Source of the DNA: Mesotaenium endlicherianum
Lineage: Eukaryota
Direction of reading: 5' to 3'
Assembly: GCA_009602735.1 (NCBI GenBank)
Contig: WELA01003305.1
Location: 227,669 to 264,225 of the forward strand
DNA: 36,557 bases
Position 1 is the first letter of the stretch; every line of letters starts with the position of its first letter. Positions 1 through 11,800 of the stretch are shown one piece after another. The position numbers and the translations under genes are program-made. Below the pieces are notes generated by a model that was not told where the DNA came from, did no database searches, and worked only from the letters and a program-made list of their open reading frames with translations.

Positions 1-419
1 ACCCCCCCCTTTCTCCCCCGCCCCCTCTGCTCCAGCCTCCGAGCCTCTCCCTTTTGTTATTCATCGTCCTCTGTCTGGGGGGGTGGGAGGGAAAGGAGAA
101 GTCAGCACGGAAAGAGGAGAGTGCCTCTCTGTTTATTACCGTTGCAAGTGAGCCAGCAAGGGAAAACCGGCCTGAGAGTGGGCAGGCCAGCCAGTCAGCC
201 AGCCGGCCAGCGAGTGGCGCAGGGGGCAAGCAAGGGCAAGAACCGATCCCACGGAATCAGAAAACGAAAGAAGAGAAGATAGTATGTCGCTGTCGCCTTG
301 CCCTTGCCCCTGCTACCTTGCGAGAAAGTGAGCGTGCGAGCATGCGGGGCGGGCGGGGGGCTGCATGGGCGGCGTGGGCGGGTGGGCGGCGGGTGGCAAG
401 CGGGCGGCGGGGTGAGCAG

Positions 420-1658
420 GAGGTGCACTACTTCCAGCACGGCTTGGTGCTCCTCGAGGGCCGCGGCATCTACCGCCTCGGCGACAGCTGGTGAATGCTC
501 GCTGCTACTCTCATGCTTTCTCTTTTGTCTGCCTCCAGTGGGCATCTTTCACTGCACACTGGCGCCTGCTAAATGTCACACCAGGTGGCACCTGGTGCCA
601 CCTGGTGCCATCTCGTGGCAGCAGCAGTTCGTCTGATCTGGTGAGAGCTATCATGTTAACGCGTTGAAAGCTGTTGTCATAAACGGTGAGCAAGCGCTAC
701 ACCTCTCAGCTGGGAGAGCCTTTGATTTGAATCGGAGCCCATGCACGCGCGGAAGCGCGCGCAAGGGTGGAGAAAAGAGGAGAGGGGAGGGTGAAGGGGG
801 GCAACAGGAGGTGAGAAGAGTGGAAACGGATCCACAAGAGGGCGGGAAGGTAGGGGAGGGGAGTAAGAGGAGAGCGCACATTACAGCGTGGAAAAGGAGG
901 GAGGAGGAAGGCGGAGGGGGGGGGGGGAGAAGAGGTATGAAAGTTTGGGGTATATGACACCGTGGAGAATGAGGGGGAGGGAGGGAGGAAGGTCAAATAG
1001 CTAGTCACAGTTCACAAGTTGCAAGTTTCATTCACTCCGCATCCGTTTTAGAATCCATTCGCTGCCCCCAAAATCCTAGAGATGTGTAGTAACACTGCCC
1101 CATGCAGTGCCTTGGCCTGTTTGAGCCGCCATGCTATTCGATTGTGATATGCGTGAGCACATCTGACTGTTGATCCCGCGTGTTGAAATGACGGTGGTGG
1201 CGACAGGTACCCGGTGCAAGCGGGGGATGTCATCTGGATGGCGCCATTTGTCCCTCAGTGGTAAGTTGCGGAGCTTTTCGAATTTGTTCCCTCCGGTGGA
1301 AGTAGACCTAGTCATGCTTTTTCTGCGCCTATCTATATCATGTACACACGCACATATATACACGTGCACATGTATGTGTTATCTATGAGTATTCGTGTGC
1401 ACAGACACACACATAGACTGATACGATACACGTGTTTCATACACGGGCAATCATATCTGTGTAGCCCACTTTCTCCAGCGGACGGGTCATAGTCCCTTTC
1501 GAGTGGACAGCTCCGCTCTGTCACACGTGCAGTCATTGCATAATAAATATTGTGTGCCTTGCAAACATTTGCAATGCAGGTACGCTGCGCTCGGCAAGAC
1601 GCGCTCGAGGTATCTCATCTACAAGGACGTCAACCGCGACCCACTTCTGCATCCATGA
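420..1658 (+). CDS. UGLYAH: (S)-ureidoglycine aminohydrolase, 3' part (last three exons; 5' exons lie before the window)
   Basis: Exons 420-490, 1207-1260 and 1580-1658 are joined by GT-AG introns with consistent phase. They give EVHYFQHGLVLLEGRGIYRLGDSWYPVQAGDVIWMAPFVPQWYAALGKTRSRYLIYKDVNRDPLLHP*, which I recognise as the C-terminal cupin region of plant UGlyAH / bacterial AllE (YlbA), with the metal-ligand E, H, H and Q positions present. Confidence 0.95.
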
Positions 1659-3067
1659 GGGGTATGCTTGCGCGCGCGCGCGCCAGTCCTCGCATTATCG
1701 ACCATTGAGAGCCAACAACGGCCACCCCATGCAGTGGCCGTTTTACCCAACTTGTCCCTCGGATGTACACAACCTGCCCTTTGGGTAGAGAAATACTCGA
1801 GATGCTCCAAATGATATGTGATGAAGGATAGGCTGGGCACCTACTGTTGAGCTAAAGGTGCTCTGCACTGGTCCACGACGGCAGCGTCATCTGGATTTTC
1901 TAGCGGAGGGGGCAATGCGGAGACCTCTTCCAGGGTTGGCAAATTTCACTCTCCGTTTAAGCTGGCTCTCGCTCACGTCAGGTTAGTGGGTGGCCCAGAA
2001 GGCAGGCTAACTCTGCTGGCTTATACCCGTCTGACATATTTCTGGCATGTATACATATGTAATAGCTTATATTCTGGTACAACATTGTCACGGAATTGAG
2101 AATGAAAGTATTTGATTCCCGCGAATGTAGAGAAAAATTTGTAACTGGAAGGAAACAGCATGCACTTGAAGGCCAAAAAGCCTGCGTCCAGTATGGTTGC
2201 TAGTAGGAACACAATTGGATACTTAGTCACGAAAAGTGTGTGCCTGTTGCCTCTTCTAGCTGCTCCCTATTGGACAACACATCAGCTTGTTACATGAGTT
2301 CCCTAGCTTTTGATAAAGTCGACATGCAAGAAGCTAGACAGCTTCAAGTCTGCAGCAATGGTGCATGCTAGCGCGCGTGTGCAGTCCCGCCGCGCCAATT
2401 ATGGAAATGCCGTGGTAGCCGCTTGGGTCTACCACCGGCCAGATAGCTTGAGGATTGACAGATATCACTCTGGAGAGGGGAGGGGCCAAACGCCGAGGAC
2501 TTTGATGGGAACATGTCAAAAAAGAATGCTGCCGACATAGAACCCCCACCGATGCTCAAGCGACATCTTACACCCACACCGGCACTTGAGGCTGCCGGGG
2601 AGGCCATCTCAATACATCACAACCAATCCCACAGGTGGCTGGAGAGGCTCTACACTAAGAAATAGAGCAGTTCATGCAGCACACACACTATTTTGCCGCC
2701 TCGGACTTGTCATTTTAACTGCCGGGGGCAGGAGATGATGTAGATCTTCTTCTGCAAAGAGCAAACACAAGCAGTATGGGACTTGGCTTTCTCTTGAGAT
2801 TGCATATGTCTACTCCTACTATTCTTTCTATCATCACATTTCTTTTGAAATGAAGCAATTTGAACACAAAATGTCAAACTGCCAATTTACCATACATTCG
2901 TGCCCTTCACCGACTTCTGCTTGCGACTTCTTTGAGATACAAGCCAAGCGTTCCGTTTGCTCAAGGAGTCAGCTACTTAGCAGAAGCACCACAGCAGTAA
3001 GGAGGAGAAAGTTCTGCTACTTGCCCCTAGATGCTACCGGGCCCGACTCACAGCCCCCCCTGGAGCC

Positions 3068-4280
3068 TCATCTGTATTGATGCCTAGGCTCATCGCGTGC
3101 CTCCAGCCTGACATCTGGCACCTCCCTTCTGCGCCTAGCAGGAGAAGGGCTCCTGGACCAACGCCGGCCACCACGGCTTTCCCTCTCCGACTCTCTCGCC
3201 TCGCGCTCCCTCCCCCCGCCACCTCGCGACGCCCTGGGGGAGCCATCTCTGTCCCTCCGCCCGCGCTGCAGCTGTTGCTTGTCGGCCCCGCCTTGCCTCC
3301 GGTGGGCCTCCTGCCCCTCCTCCTCCTCCTCCTCTCGTCTCCCTCTGCTGTTAATGTGGCGCTCTCGGCCATTGCCAGCCTGGACCTTGCGCCCGCCCGA
3401 GCTGTCATTAATATCGTTGTTGCCGCCGCCGCCGCCGCCGTCGCCGCCGCCGCTACTGCTGCTAGGGCCATGGCTGCCGCGATTGTCTCTCGGCATCCTC
3501 AGCATCTTCCGCGACTCTGTGCAATGCCCACCATTCTCGTTCTCCTCCTCTGCACCCCTTCGCCTGTCAACGTCTCTGCCGTGCAATCTCTCTCTAGCCC
3601 CCCCTTCTCTGAGAGTCTCGCTCCCAGTCACCACCCGCCTTCCCCCTCCCCCTTCTCCCCCCCCCTCCTCCTCACTACTGCTGTCATGCCTACTCTTCTT
3701 CCGGCCACCGTCTGCACTCCCATAGGCTGCTCCTGCTCCTGCTCCTCCTCCTTCTCCTCCTCCACGTCTGTCTCTCTCATAACCCCACGGTGACTTCTCC
3801 CGACGACGTCCCTCCTCTTCCGCCTCCTCCTCCTCCTCTACCTCCCTCTCATAAGTCCCCTTCTTCGCCTCCCGCTTCGCCCTCTTCCTCTCCTTCTCCG
3901 CCCGCCTCTCCTCCCTCCTCTCCCTCTTTGCAGCACGCCTATCCTCGCGCCCCCTCTTTTCCTCACCTCCCGCAACTCTCCCCTCTCTGACGCCTCCTTC
4001 ATCCTCCTCCCTCCCCTCCCCCCTCGCAGCTCTCCCCCCCCCTTGCTGGGGAGGAGCACCCTTTGTCAGCTCGTCAGCCACAGGGCCCCCCCTCGCCTCC
4101 TCCCCCAGAACCTGCACCGCTTCTTCGCCCAACTTCTCCCCCGCCTTGTCGGCCCCGTCCAGGCCACCCTCGCCCGCCAGCTGGCGCCCGTTCTGCGGGG
4201 GACCTGCCTCCAGGGTGCCGAGCTTCAGCTTAAGCCTGTCTCCGCTAACGCCCCTGATGAAGCTCACATACACAAACAGA

Positions 4281-4360
<80 letters not shown>

Positions 4361-4361
4361 N

Positions 4362-4429
<68 letters not shown>

Positions 4430-7400
4430 GCAGATGGAGTTCAAATTCAGAATTGTGAAGACCGCCATCTCCACCAAGTCGTCGTTGCAGCGGCCACCGC
4501 CACTCGTTCAGAGTGGCAGCCATGACTCCAATCACGAAACGAAAGAGCGAAAGCCGGCCAGTTCTCCTTCTGCGCGCGCTCTGCAAGGGCCGAAGAACAG
4601 ACGCATTCTTTCTCCCAGTCCCTCTTCCAGAGCATGCAAGCTCAGCCTCCCCTCTTACCAGGCAGCACTCTCACTCACTCTCACTCCGCACCCCTGCCCT
4701 CCCCCCCTCCCTCGTGCAAGCCTCTGCATCTTAAGGCCACCTGGGCCAGGGCACTCGCACTCGCTCTTGCACTCGCATTCCAACTCGCATTTGAACTCGC
4801 GTGCACGCGCGGCGCCGGACCTGCAGCGCAGCAGCAGCAGCACCACCGCGCGAGAAGAAGCCCAGAACCGACGCCTAGCACGTTTCCTGGCACCCTCCAG
4901 CAAGCCTAGCCCCCCCCACGCCTACCGCTTACGCCTGAGCCTGTGCCGAGCACAACACACACACGCGCCCCGCCCGCCCAATCGCTCACCCGGTGACTGC
5001 AGCATGAGCACAAGAACACTCCCGCAACCCAGCTCGAGCCTGCCCGACTGCTCGCGCGCGGCGCCCCAGGCACTGAGGCAGCAGCAGTACGTGCAACCAG
5101 AGCGTAGACGTGCACAAGTGCAGCAGTGTGTGTTGCACAGTGCAGCAGATAAGCACACCAATAATCTCGCGCGCCCAAGTGCAGCTGTGTGTGTGCAGAA
5201 GGCAGCAGATGAGCGCACCAGCACTCTCTCGCAGCCAAGCCCGAGCTCAAACCTTCCGCGTCTGCAAGCACACGGTGGCGCCCGACTGGAGCAGCCAGCT
5301 GGCCGGCGCATGCTAAGGTAGCATCACAGGCGGGGTAATCAAGCCCCCCCCCCCCCGGACGCGCTTCTCACGCATGTGGGCGAACGAGCCAGCAAGAAAG
5401 CAGCCTCCCCAAGCGGGGGAGCAGATGAGCGAGGGAGGGGGGAGGGGGAAGGGGGGAAGGAGGGAAGAGGGAGGGGGGTGGGTGAAGGGGGAAGGAGCGA
5501 GGGACGGAGGGAGGGAGGGAGGGGGGGCGCTTTACGGGCCAAAGCCGACGCCCTGCGTGCGCTCGCCCTCGGCGTAGTCCTCGTTGAGGTGTGCGCCCGC
5601 CTGCCCGCGCCGGAACAGCTCCTCCGCCTCGCGCTTCTCCAGCTGCGGCGGCGCGGCCGCCGCGCGCGCACGGGGCTTCTTGCGGAGGCCCAGCATCTCG
5701 TTCATGAGGTCCTCCTCCTCCTCCTTGATGCGCGCCAGCTCCTCCCGGCGCCGCGCGTCCGCCGCGCTCCCCTCCCCCTCAGTCTCCCCCCCCTGCTGCA
5801 ACGCGGAGCCCGTCTTCTTGTCACGCGCGTACCAGTTAAGGTCCTTGCCTGCTCTCGTCCCCCCCCCCTTCACACACACCCATCCACAGAGAGAGGCAGG
5901 GGCAGGGGAACTTTTGGAACTCAGCAGAAACCAGGGCAGGGCAAGGCAGACCAGGTCAGCCGAACAGGAGTGTGCGCGCACCAAATGTAGTCCTTGCCTG
6001 CTCCCCCCCTCAAGGCAGGCATAACAAAGGGACGGCAAAGGCAGGGCAGGGCAGAGGTGGGAAGGACAGGGCAAGGCGGGACTGAGAGGTGCGGGGCAGA
6101 GAGGGGCAGGGAGGGAGACATTCATTGAGAGGGGGGGGTGGGGGAGAGTTCAATTGAAAGCATGCAGGTCCTTGACTGCGCCACATCACAAAGCCACCAA
6201 GCAGGGCCAGGTTGGAGGCCAGAAGCAGCAGGGCAGGTCGCCATGGCAGCACGGCAAACCCGAGGCCAAACCAAGGCAGCAAGGCAGGAGGGGCAAAGGG
6301 TTTCCGGCAACATGGTGCAAGAAGGGGGAGGGAACCTCTGCGGAGGGCGCAGGTGGGGGGCGGGAGGCGCGACGAGAAAAAAAAGAGGCATAATGAGGGA
6401 GGGGTGCAGCCAGGCCTGGCTTCACCCGGGAAGGCAGGGGGGGGTAGTAGGGGAGGAGGGGGGGAGGGGACGTAAAGGCACCAAGGGCCAAAACCCAGAA
6501 GAGGTCCGGAAGAAACATGGAGGGCAGTAACCAGCGTGAGGTGCAGAGCAGGCTTGAAACCAGGAGCCAGCCCGAGGCAGAACGACAAAGGCTACATGGA
6601 AAGAAGTATGAGATTTTTGGGAGAAAGCAATAGGGAATCCAGGAGGGGGCATGCGAGTAACAGCAGCTGCCCTTGGAGCTCGGAGGGAGGGGGATAGGAG
6701 GGCAAGGTTGGAGCGCTGGCAGGCTCCAAGAGGGGACTCTTGGGGGGGTGGGACAGGCAGCTCCAAAGAGGGACTGGAAGGTGGGTGGGGTGGGACGGGC
6801 TGCAAACTTCCTGCTGCTGTTCCTACCAGGGCTGCTTCTTGTTTGAGCTATAGAGGCTGCTGCAGGAGCGATCACTTGTGCTGCGGGTGTTCTTGGCTGT
6901 GCTGCAGGTGCTAGGGGTGCTACAGGGGCCTCTCTAGCTGGCATGCCTCGGGTGCCTGTAATGCCCGCCCTCCTGTCTCCTCACGGGGGCATAGTGGGCC
7001 GAGGGCTTGCGTGAGCCAGGCACCGGGGCACGCAGGGGTAGGGGTATATGCCAGGAGGAGCTCGCGTGCAGGACACGATGCCACGTGTCGGCATCGTGCA
7101 ACGACAACTCATGGCCTACACTACTCTCAGCAGAAAGGCACCCTGACTCGCAAGCGTGGCCTGCCCCCCAATACGACGATGCTCTGAAGAACTGTGGGGT
7201 GGCATCTGGCATCATAAGGGCTGGCATCATAAGGGCTGGCATCATAAGAGATGGGGACGGGCTATGGAGACGGGCAGAGGGCATGGACGGGTGAGAGAAA
7301 GCTTCTGAGAGGTTGGATTCTGAGGACCGTGGCGTGTCTTTCCACCTCACCTGGGATGGGGGTGGGGAGTGGGGACGGGCAGACGGTATGGGCGTGAAAA

Positions 7401-8130
7401 AGCTTCTGAGCGAGTGAGGGGGGGGGAGCATCAGATCAATAAAGCTAGATGCCAGACCCCTCATGTCAACTGATGCACATGATGATGCATATGACAGGCC
7501 TGGGCCTTGGACCTCCTGCTATGCGATCTAAGGTTAAGATTGCACCACACACACTGCCTAGGGTTTCGGATTTGAAATCCACACCTTTCTGCCAGCGACC
7601 CACAGGAGCCATGAGGCTGTGCCCCAAGTAGCACTCCCTGTCCTTGTCCGCTTTCACGTCGTCCCATTTGAACTCTGCTCCCCCCCCAGAGAGAGGAAGA
7701 AGAAGAAGGGACAAGGGGGTCAGGTAGTGGATCAGTCTGAATAGCCTGAGTGATGGCGAGATGCCAGCAAGGCGCCCCTAGTGGTGCGCCTAGTAGGCTG
7801 TAGTGGGCTGTAGCAAGATGTAGATAACGGAAACAAACTCCAACTTCTAATAGCGGTGACATAGTCACTATGTTGGCTGGCCACTGACGGTAGGGCAAGA
7901 CATAGGACTAGCTTAGTAGCGGTCAAAACGAGATGGTAGACCTCCTAAATAGTAAGTTATTTCACACACGTTTCCCTCAATTGTATACAAGAGCTTATCC
8001 ATTTGCGTCATGTTGCCTCCAGTCTTTAGCCTTGGCAACCAGAAGATAGGATGCTGAACAAAGAGGATTAAAAGAGAAGTAACTCACGATCTTTTCCGCC
8101 CCTGACCCCTCCCCTGCTTGGATGAAACAT
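3068..8130 (-). CDS. MMTAG2: Multiple myeloma tumor-associated protein 2 (MMTAG2/C1orf35)-like protein with long R/E/G-rich low-complexity C-terminus
   Basis: Minus-strand exons 8130-8088, 7674-7585, 5848-5536 and 4253-3068 are all GT-AG and phase-compatible (1632 nt, 543 aa). The N-terminus reads [55 protein letters not shown]...[19 protein letters not shown], the MMtag family signature. A CAG just upstream of the ATG suggests a 5'UTR intron. Confidence 0.92.
4280..4426. repeat. Compound (CA)n(GA)n microsatellite, present twice around an N at 4361
   Basis: Directly visible. It abuts the acceptor of the last MMTAG2 exon and reads (TC)n(TG)n on the coding strand. Confidence 0.95.
5118..5240. 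repeat. Degenerate ~61-bp tandem duplication in MMTAG2 intron 3
   Basis: GTGCAGCAGTGTGTGTTGCACAGTGCAGCAGATAAGCACACCA (5118) versus GTGCAGCTGTGTGTGTGCAGAAGGCAGCAGATGAGCGCACCA (5179). Confidence 0.7.
7206..7250. repeat. 15-bp tandem repeat (CTGGCATCATAAGGG) x3 in MMTAG2 intron 2
   Basis: Directly visible. Confidence 0.9.
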
Positions 8131-8886
8131 CCTGAACCAAAAACAGTGGTCTATGCAGGGTGACCTGCCAGGCTGTACATAAGCTTAATCTAAACCACTC
8201 TCGGTAAGTCAACGCAACCAAAGGCCGTCTCTGAGAGAGCCCACTTGTAACAGCCTTGACTGTTGCACGGGTATACCGTGCTCAACTCCAATGATTAAAC
8301 TCAGGCTTACAGCCTAAAAACTTTGCAACGACCGTAGGAGCTCTAAAGTGTAAGCAGTTCTGTGCATATGGATGAATGAGGACGCGAAATTACTTGTCCT
8401 GATCTGGTCTGAATGAGATCTCGTCACCGTGTATAATGATCACTGCACCACCGTCGCTAACACTCCTGCAGCTGTTCATTCTTCTGACAACGACCAGACG
8501 CGACGTCCAGACGCGTTTGACAGCCTCAACCAGGCCTCAACGGCTGTTTACGACATTGCTTATGAGCAGTCGTGACAGGGCAGCCCGGGCAGGTTCGGCA
8601 GTTCCACTTGTAGAGGGTTTGCATGCTCGAGGTGTCCGACGCGACGTCGAACTCGACGCTTCCAGCAGCCTTCTTCCAACTGATGAGCTTACGCCTCTCA
8701 AGATGACTGCACCTGCAGCATGTAGATGATCATGGCAGACTAATTTGACCTGGTTCGACATGAGGCAGCCATACCAGATGGGTTGGACTCGGCACACGGG
8801 TGCTTTATGGCTATAATAAGTAGATTGCATGTTCAATTTTCTTTCTTTGGTGGCAAGTCATAGATTGAGCCGTTGGTTGCCGTTGC

Positions 8887-11800
8887 ATGGCTGTAGCTTC
8901 CCTGCTGGCGTCGAACGCTATAGGCGCTTTCTTAAGGTATGCTCTTCCGCCATCTATGTGCTTTTCGGTTGATTACTGGGGTTACTCGATTCCAGTCATG
9001 TATTGTTTCTCTGAGGCATTCTGCTGACAATTGCAGCAGTATTTGTAGTTGCATGTGTCGCAATTGCATGGCGTTCCGGTTAAACGACGTCGATGTGAAC
9101 TACACACAGTATGTGGTTAATTGCACACCGGCGTTAGGAATGAGTATCTTGTAGATACAAGTTGACTTAGCTATCGGGGTATAATTGAAGTGACATCCTG
9201 GACTCTAGCTGATGTAGTCTCTGTGGAAAGTCTTTTTGTTGATTGACGAAGTAATCGGCGTTATAGCGTCAACTTTAATTAGCAGCAGTATATCTGCCTT
9301 TTTTAGAGTGCGGTTTTGGAGTCAAGTAGAAGACAAGACTGTTAATCTATCAAAATTGCTCAATTCTCATCGCTGTAAGTACTGCTGGTGCCGCTTCTTG
9401 ACACTTTAAGCCGGATTTAGGGGTTGGATTGATACTACATGTGATGATGCAGAAATTTCGTTCGTGTTTAGGTTGTCGTCTTTTGGGTTCTGTCAGGTTA
9501 CATATTAAGCTAATAGAGGACAATAAGGACGGTGAATTTGTGATTGTAGCTGATGTGGTTGAGGCTTCCAATACTGCGTTCCACTGAGGAGTAAGCTTGA
9601 AACTATCAGCGTAAAGAGCTGATAGCTAGAGATGGTGTAGCTGCATATAGTCAACCCCTTCCTTTGACTACTTCTTGTTGGGTATATAAACAACTTAGAA
9701 CGCTTTCTATCTAAGTAATTGCTGGTCTTGAGTGGTCCAGTGTGTTCATTAAGGGCATTTGAAGTACTAACTGGACTACAGTCTGCAATTTTAGTAGCAT
9801 TGCAACTTGCATGCACGATATATTTGGACCCATACTTTGGCTGATGCGCTTGTTATGCAGGGCAAGAGTCCAATGATGGAGGACTCTGCTTTCAGGCACT
9901 ATCATGCAGAAGTGTATCTGCCGAGTTGCTTATTCTTGAGTTTGGGGATTCAGAACACACATCTGTCAAGCAATTATGATGGCTTGTATCAAAGAGCTTG
10001 GGGAGGGAGAGTGATACGAAAGGTCACTGATTATGACTGGTTATGCAGTAGTGAAGGGGGGGGTGCTTCAGGTAGGAAGCAAGGGTTGCCGATGTAACCC
10101 TGGGCCCAGCTCTTTCAACCACTTAGTGCAGAGCATTCGTCACTCGTGCCTTCCTGCAGGTGCTGCTGAGAACAGAAGCATGCGACATTGACCCCAATTC
10201 GAGTTTTTCTGGGGTGTTGTGGTGCTGGAGCATTCCCTTCTCTCTCTGTCTGTGTTTGTGTGTGTATGCAGTGCGTGTGTACGGGGCCCTGACTCTTCGC
10301 GGTCCTCCAAAAGTACGGAGCGCCAGGTCAAGAGGAAGAGGGGGCCAGCAGAGGGGGGTGGGCACAGCAGCCAGGTGGTGGGGGCCAAGGGCAGGCATCG
10401 TGCCGGCCAGGCCTCGACCTCGCCTGCGCCAGCTCACCCCCCTGGAGTGTGGTGGTCTGCCAGCTCCGATGAGATGGACAATGGTCATCGCGCCAATGCT
10501 GCGGCGGCAGAGGGGGGGGGTAGCCTGGCAGCCAGCCTCAGCACAGCCAACGTCACCCCTAGCTCCCAGGGCGGGGCTGATTCGACGCCTTCCGGATCTG
10601 GACCCCAGAGGAGCTCTGGCCCCTATGTCAATCACGGTGAGCCGCTGGCTGCCCTCTGTGCCAAGCCCTCCTCTGAAACCCAGCCCGGACTGATCTAAAT
10701 GCAACTTCGGTTTCTCTTATGGCTGTGTCTTGTGCCTGTTGGCATGCTGTCGGGTTATGGTTTGTTGCCGGTTGTGCCTGGTGGTGATGGTGGAGGGGGG
10801 GGATGTTGAAGGGAATCTTACTCCAGAAGCTTGAATAGGCTTGTAGTGGGGACTTTTGAGGAAAACGTGGAAAGTTTTTAGTGGGCGTTTGCAGAAGAAG
10901 CCGGGAAAGTTGAAGCAGGAGGAGATGCTGGTGCAGTTGTCGGGTCTGGTTCGGAGTCGTGAAGGCGGGTGGTGGTGGTCCCTGGAAAGGTCCCGCCTCA
11001 ACATGCATGGGCATTTAAATATTTACACATCCACACACACACATGCGCATACACGCACACGCACACGCACACTCTCAAATTTGTGCGCACATGAGTGTGT
11101 GGACACATTCATGAACATCCTAGACGGCTTGAGACTCGTCTGTGAGCAGACCTCTTTGGAGTTCATTCCTGCCTGCCACCCTGGCATGAGAAGTATCGCT
11201 TTTAGTCTTGTTCTTCCTCAACTCGAGGGGTTTGAATCCTCTAGCATCGTATTTCTCACCTCAAAGGGCTCCTGTCCTCCCCGTTGCGGGTGTCGCTGTT
11301 GCCGGGGCGCGTCGCAGCTCTGAGCGCGTGGAATCAGCAGAGGCGCGAGTGGACGAGCAGCAGCCGCCCCGCCACACGCCGCCAGAGCAGGCAGCCCGTC
11401 ATAAGGTAGAGGCTGGTCCGGGCTCACTCAAAAATTCGGTTTTTTTTGTCGCACGTGAACCGTGTCGCCCGCAGACTTTGTCCCCAGAAGTCACTTGTGC
11501 ATGCAAGGCCGCTGTTGGCATTCTTTTTTTTGTTTTTTTTTGTTTTTTTTCCTGTTATTTCTCGAGTGCAGTTTGCACGTTGCTGGACGTTCTCCGAGGA
11601 GGGGGGTCAATGAGAGAGGGTATCTCTTAGGCCAGATTGTGTCTGTGGCCCGACTTGTTCAGGCGTCACAATGTTGCTTAAGTCGGCGTAGGTACCTACA
11701 GTTGGAGTACCGCTCAGATGCTGAGAGGTGGCAATCACACATACATTATCTGCGGCTGTTAATCTAGCGCTGTTGGCTTAGAGCTCGAGGAGAGCCTGCC

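Noticed and set aside
429..437. HYFQH instead of the HYNQH recalled from land-plant UGlyAH
   Set aside because: The position is not one of the metal ligands and varies in bacterial homologues, so there is no basis for claiming altered function.
2450..2464. TGAGGATTGACAGAT resembles an 18S rRNA segment or snoRNA guide
   Set aside because: It is only about 15 nt, which is expected by chance, and there are no properly placed C/D boxes on the antisense strand.
3077..3793. 238-aa plus-strand ORF and other long ORFs overlapping MMTAG2, TCX and PIG-C
   Set aside because: These are antisense or alternate-frame shadows of GC-rich, low-complexity coding exons with no recognisable motifs.
4280..4426. 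Apparent duplication of the (CA)n(GA)n block
   Set aside because: The two copies flank a single N, so this is most likely an unmerged contig overlap rather than real duplication.
4146..5321. 391-aa ORF with ERERER/THTHTH runs
   Set aside because: It is a translation of microsatellites and intron sequence antisense to MMTAG2, and it crosses an N.
6186..7464. Overlapping 170-250-aa ORFs inside MMTAG2 intron 2 as a possible transposon
   Set aside because: No RT, integrase, transposase or gag motifs, and no terminal repeats. The ORFs are Pro/Ser/Ala-rich products of GC skew.
10637..10698. Read-through end of the 10219-10698 ORF as a terminal exon
   Set aside because: A strong CG|GTGAGC donor at 10637 joins in frame to the conserved DUF4050 exons downstream.
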